From the NCBI GenBank assembly GCA_902806325.1, contig CADCWE010000179.1, positions 4,124-68,123 on the forward strand: DNA of 64,000 nucleotides, read 5' to 3'. Below the pieces are notes generated by a model that did not search any database, was not told the origin of the DNA, and saw only the letters and a program-made list of their open reading frames with translations. A program made the position numbers and the translations under genes. The DNA comes from an uncultured Thermomicrobiales bacterium. GTDB lineage: Bacteria; Chloroflexota; Chloroflexia; Thermomicrobiales; UBA6265. Position 1 is the stretch's first letter, and the number at the start of each line of letters is the position of its first letter. Positions 62,977 to 64,000 of the stretch are shown one piece after another.

Positions 62977-64000
62977 GTGAGCGTGACCTACCGAGACTTG
63001 CTGGCCCAAACCAAGCGCGAGATCACCGAGATCGATCCTGCCGCTGCCCAAACCCTGGTGGCGGAGGGCGCCGCGGTGATCGACGTCCGCGAGGCCGACG
63101 AGGTCGAACAGGGGATGGTGCCGGGAGCGACCCATATCCCACGCGGCTTCCTGGAGGCCAGGATCGAGGAGGCGGTGCCGGACAAGCACCGGCCCGTGGT
63201 CGTCTACTGCGCCGGCGGGGCGCGCTCGGCCTTCGGCGCCAAGGCGCTGGCGGAACTGGGGTACACCGAGGTCGTTTCCCTGGCCGGCGGGTTCGGGGCT
63301 TGGAAGGGGGCCGGGCTGGCCTGGGAAACCCCGGCCCGGTTCGCCCCGGCGCAGCGGCGCCGCTACAGCCGCCATTTCATGTTGCCGGAGGTCGGCGAGG
63401 CGGGGCAGCGCCGGCTCCTCAACAGCAAAGTCTTGCTGATCGGGGCGGGCGGCCTCGGCTCCCCGGCCGCGCTCTACCTGGCGGCGGCCGGGGTCGGCAC
63501 CCTCGGCATCGTCGACGACGACGTGGTCGACGAGAGCAACCTCCAGCGCCAGGTGCTGCATACCACGGACCGGATCGGCACGCCGAAGACCGAATCCGCC
63601 CGCCTGACCATGCTCGCGATCAACCCGGACGTGGACGTGGTCGCCCACCAGACTCGATTGACCAAGGAGAACGTGCTCGATCTGTTCCGCGACTACGACA
63701 TCGTCGTCGACGGGACCGACAATTTTGCCTCCCGCTACCTGATCAACGACGCCTGCGTCCTGCTCGGCAAGCCCTGCGTCCACGGTGCCATCTTCCGCTT
63801 CGAAGGCCAGGCGACGGTCTATTGGGCGGACCAGGGGCCGTGCTACCGTTGCCTGTTCCCGGAGCCGCCTCCCCCGGAACTGGCGCCGAATTGCGCCGAG
63901 GCCGGGGTGCTGGGTGTGCTGCCGGGCGTGATCGGCACGATCCAGGCGACCGAGGCGATCAAGTTGGCGCTCGGGATCGGCGAAACCCTGGTCGGGCGCC
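62977..64000 (+). CDS. Rhodanese-domain / MoeB-ThiF-family adenylyltransferase fusion (3-prime end outside the window)
   Basis: The N-terminal rhodanese has the active-site loop VVVYCAGGARSAFGA. It is followed by RYSRHFMLPEVGEAGQRRLLNSKVLLIGAGGLGSPAALYLAAAGVGTLGIVDDDVVDESNLQRQ...DGTDNF..RYL.ND...CYRCLFPEPP. GTG at 62977 lies 6 nt after GGAGG. The ORF is open to the window end and is therefore absent from the ORF track. Confidence 0.85.
   Translation, partial: MSVTYRDLLAQTKREITEIDPAAAQTLVAEGAAVIDVREADEVEQGMVPGATHIPRGFLEARIEEAVPDKHRPVVVYCAGGARSAFGAKALAELGYTEVVSLAGGFGAWKGAGLAWETPARFAPAQRRRYSRHFMLPEVGEAGQRRLLNSKVLLIGAGGLGSPAALYLAAAGVGTLGIVDDDVVDESNLQRQVLHTTDRIGTPKTESARLTMLAINPDVDVVAHQTRLTKENVLDLFRDYDIVVDGTDNFASRYLINDACVLLGKPCVHGAIFRFEGQATVYWADQGPCYRCLFPEPPPPELAPNCAEAGVLGVLPGVIGTIQATEAIKLALGIGETLVGR

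Overview
This is a very GC-rich bacterial chromosomal segment (well above 65 percent GC by eye). It is densely coding, with no rRNA, tRNA, CRISPR array or recognisable IS element. The ORF track is full of Arg/Pro/Gly-rich shadow ORFs on the wrong strand or frame, so I called genes only where the translation carries recognisable family motifs.

The left 43 kb is mostly housekeeping or metabolic:
- an MMPL transporter tail, a GNAT, an S9 peptidase, an MBL hydrolase and an M20 peptidase
- a DarA-type c-di-AMP receptor next to an orphan GAF histidine kinase
- a frameshifted TetR, a DUF4260 protein and an IMPase
- the t6A genes tsaD-rimI-tsaB, with tsaE displaced by an oppositely oriented CUT1-type sugar ABC module plus a HAD hydrolase
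- an amidohydrolase, a NUDIX hydrolase and a TetR+MFS pair
- a gamma-glutamyl amine-catabolism-like cluster (two orphan solute-binding proteins, a PuuB-like FAD oxidase, a PuuA/GlnA-like ligase and a GGT)
- an M24 peptidase, an aquaporin, a lipoprotein, a XerC/D-family recombinase, a cupin, a second MMPL transporter, a glycosyltransferase and a DAO-family oxidoreductase

From about 43.4 kb onward the window looks accessory and patchy.
- The 3-prime end of the DAO-family oxidoreductase occurs three times (intact, a roughly 0.46 kb fragment, and a roughly 75 bp remnant).
- These copies bracket one module (beta-propeller, an 81-aa ORF, an amber-interrupted Tat cysteine-rich protein and two tandem NB-ARC/TPR/LuxR regulators) and then a second module holding a Uma2 nuclease.
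- Further right lies a monocistronic 1483-aa gene that fuses a Cas4/AddB-type 4-Cys PD-(D/E)XK nuclease to a Dna2/Upf1-like SF1B helicase. This is my best candidate for an uncharacterised system, either stand-alone nuclease-helicase immunity or a DNA-end-processing factor.

Other oddities:
- the GlnA-like gene has no stop codon where its homology ends
- a family of C-tract/G-tract palindromic elements sits in intergenic regions
- one copy of the LSEAK/SLSMT-type palindromic element is present
- there are heptamer and nonamer tandem repeats

All functional calls rest on motif recognition by eye. No database search was run.
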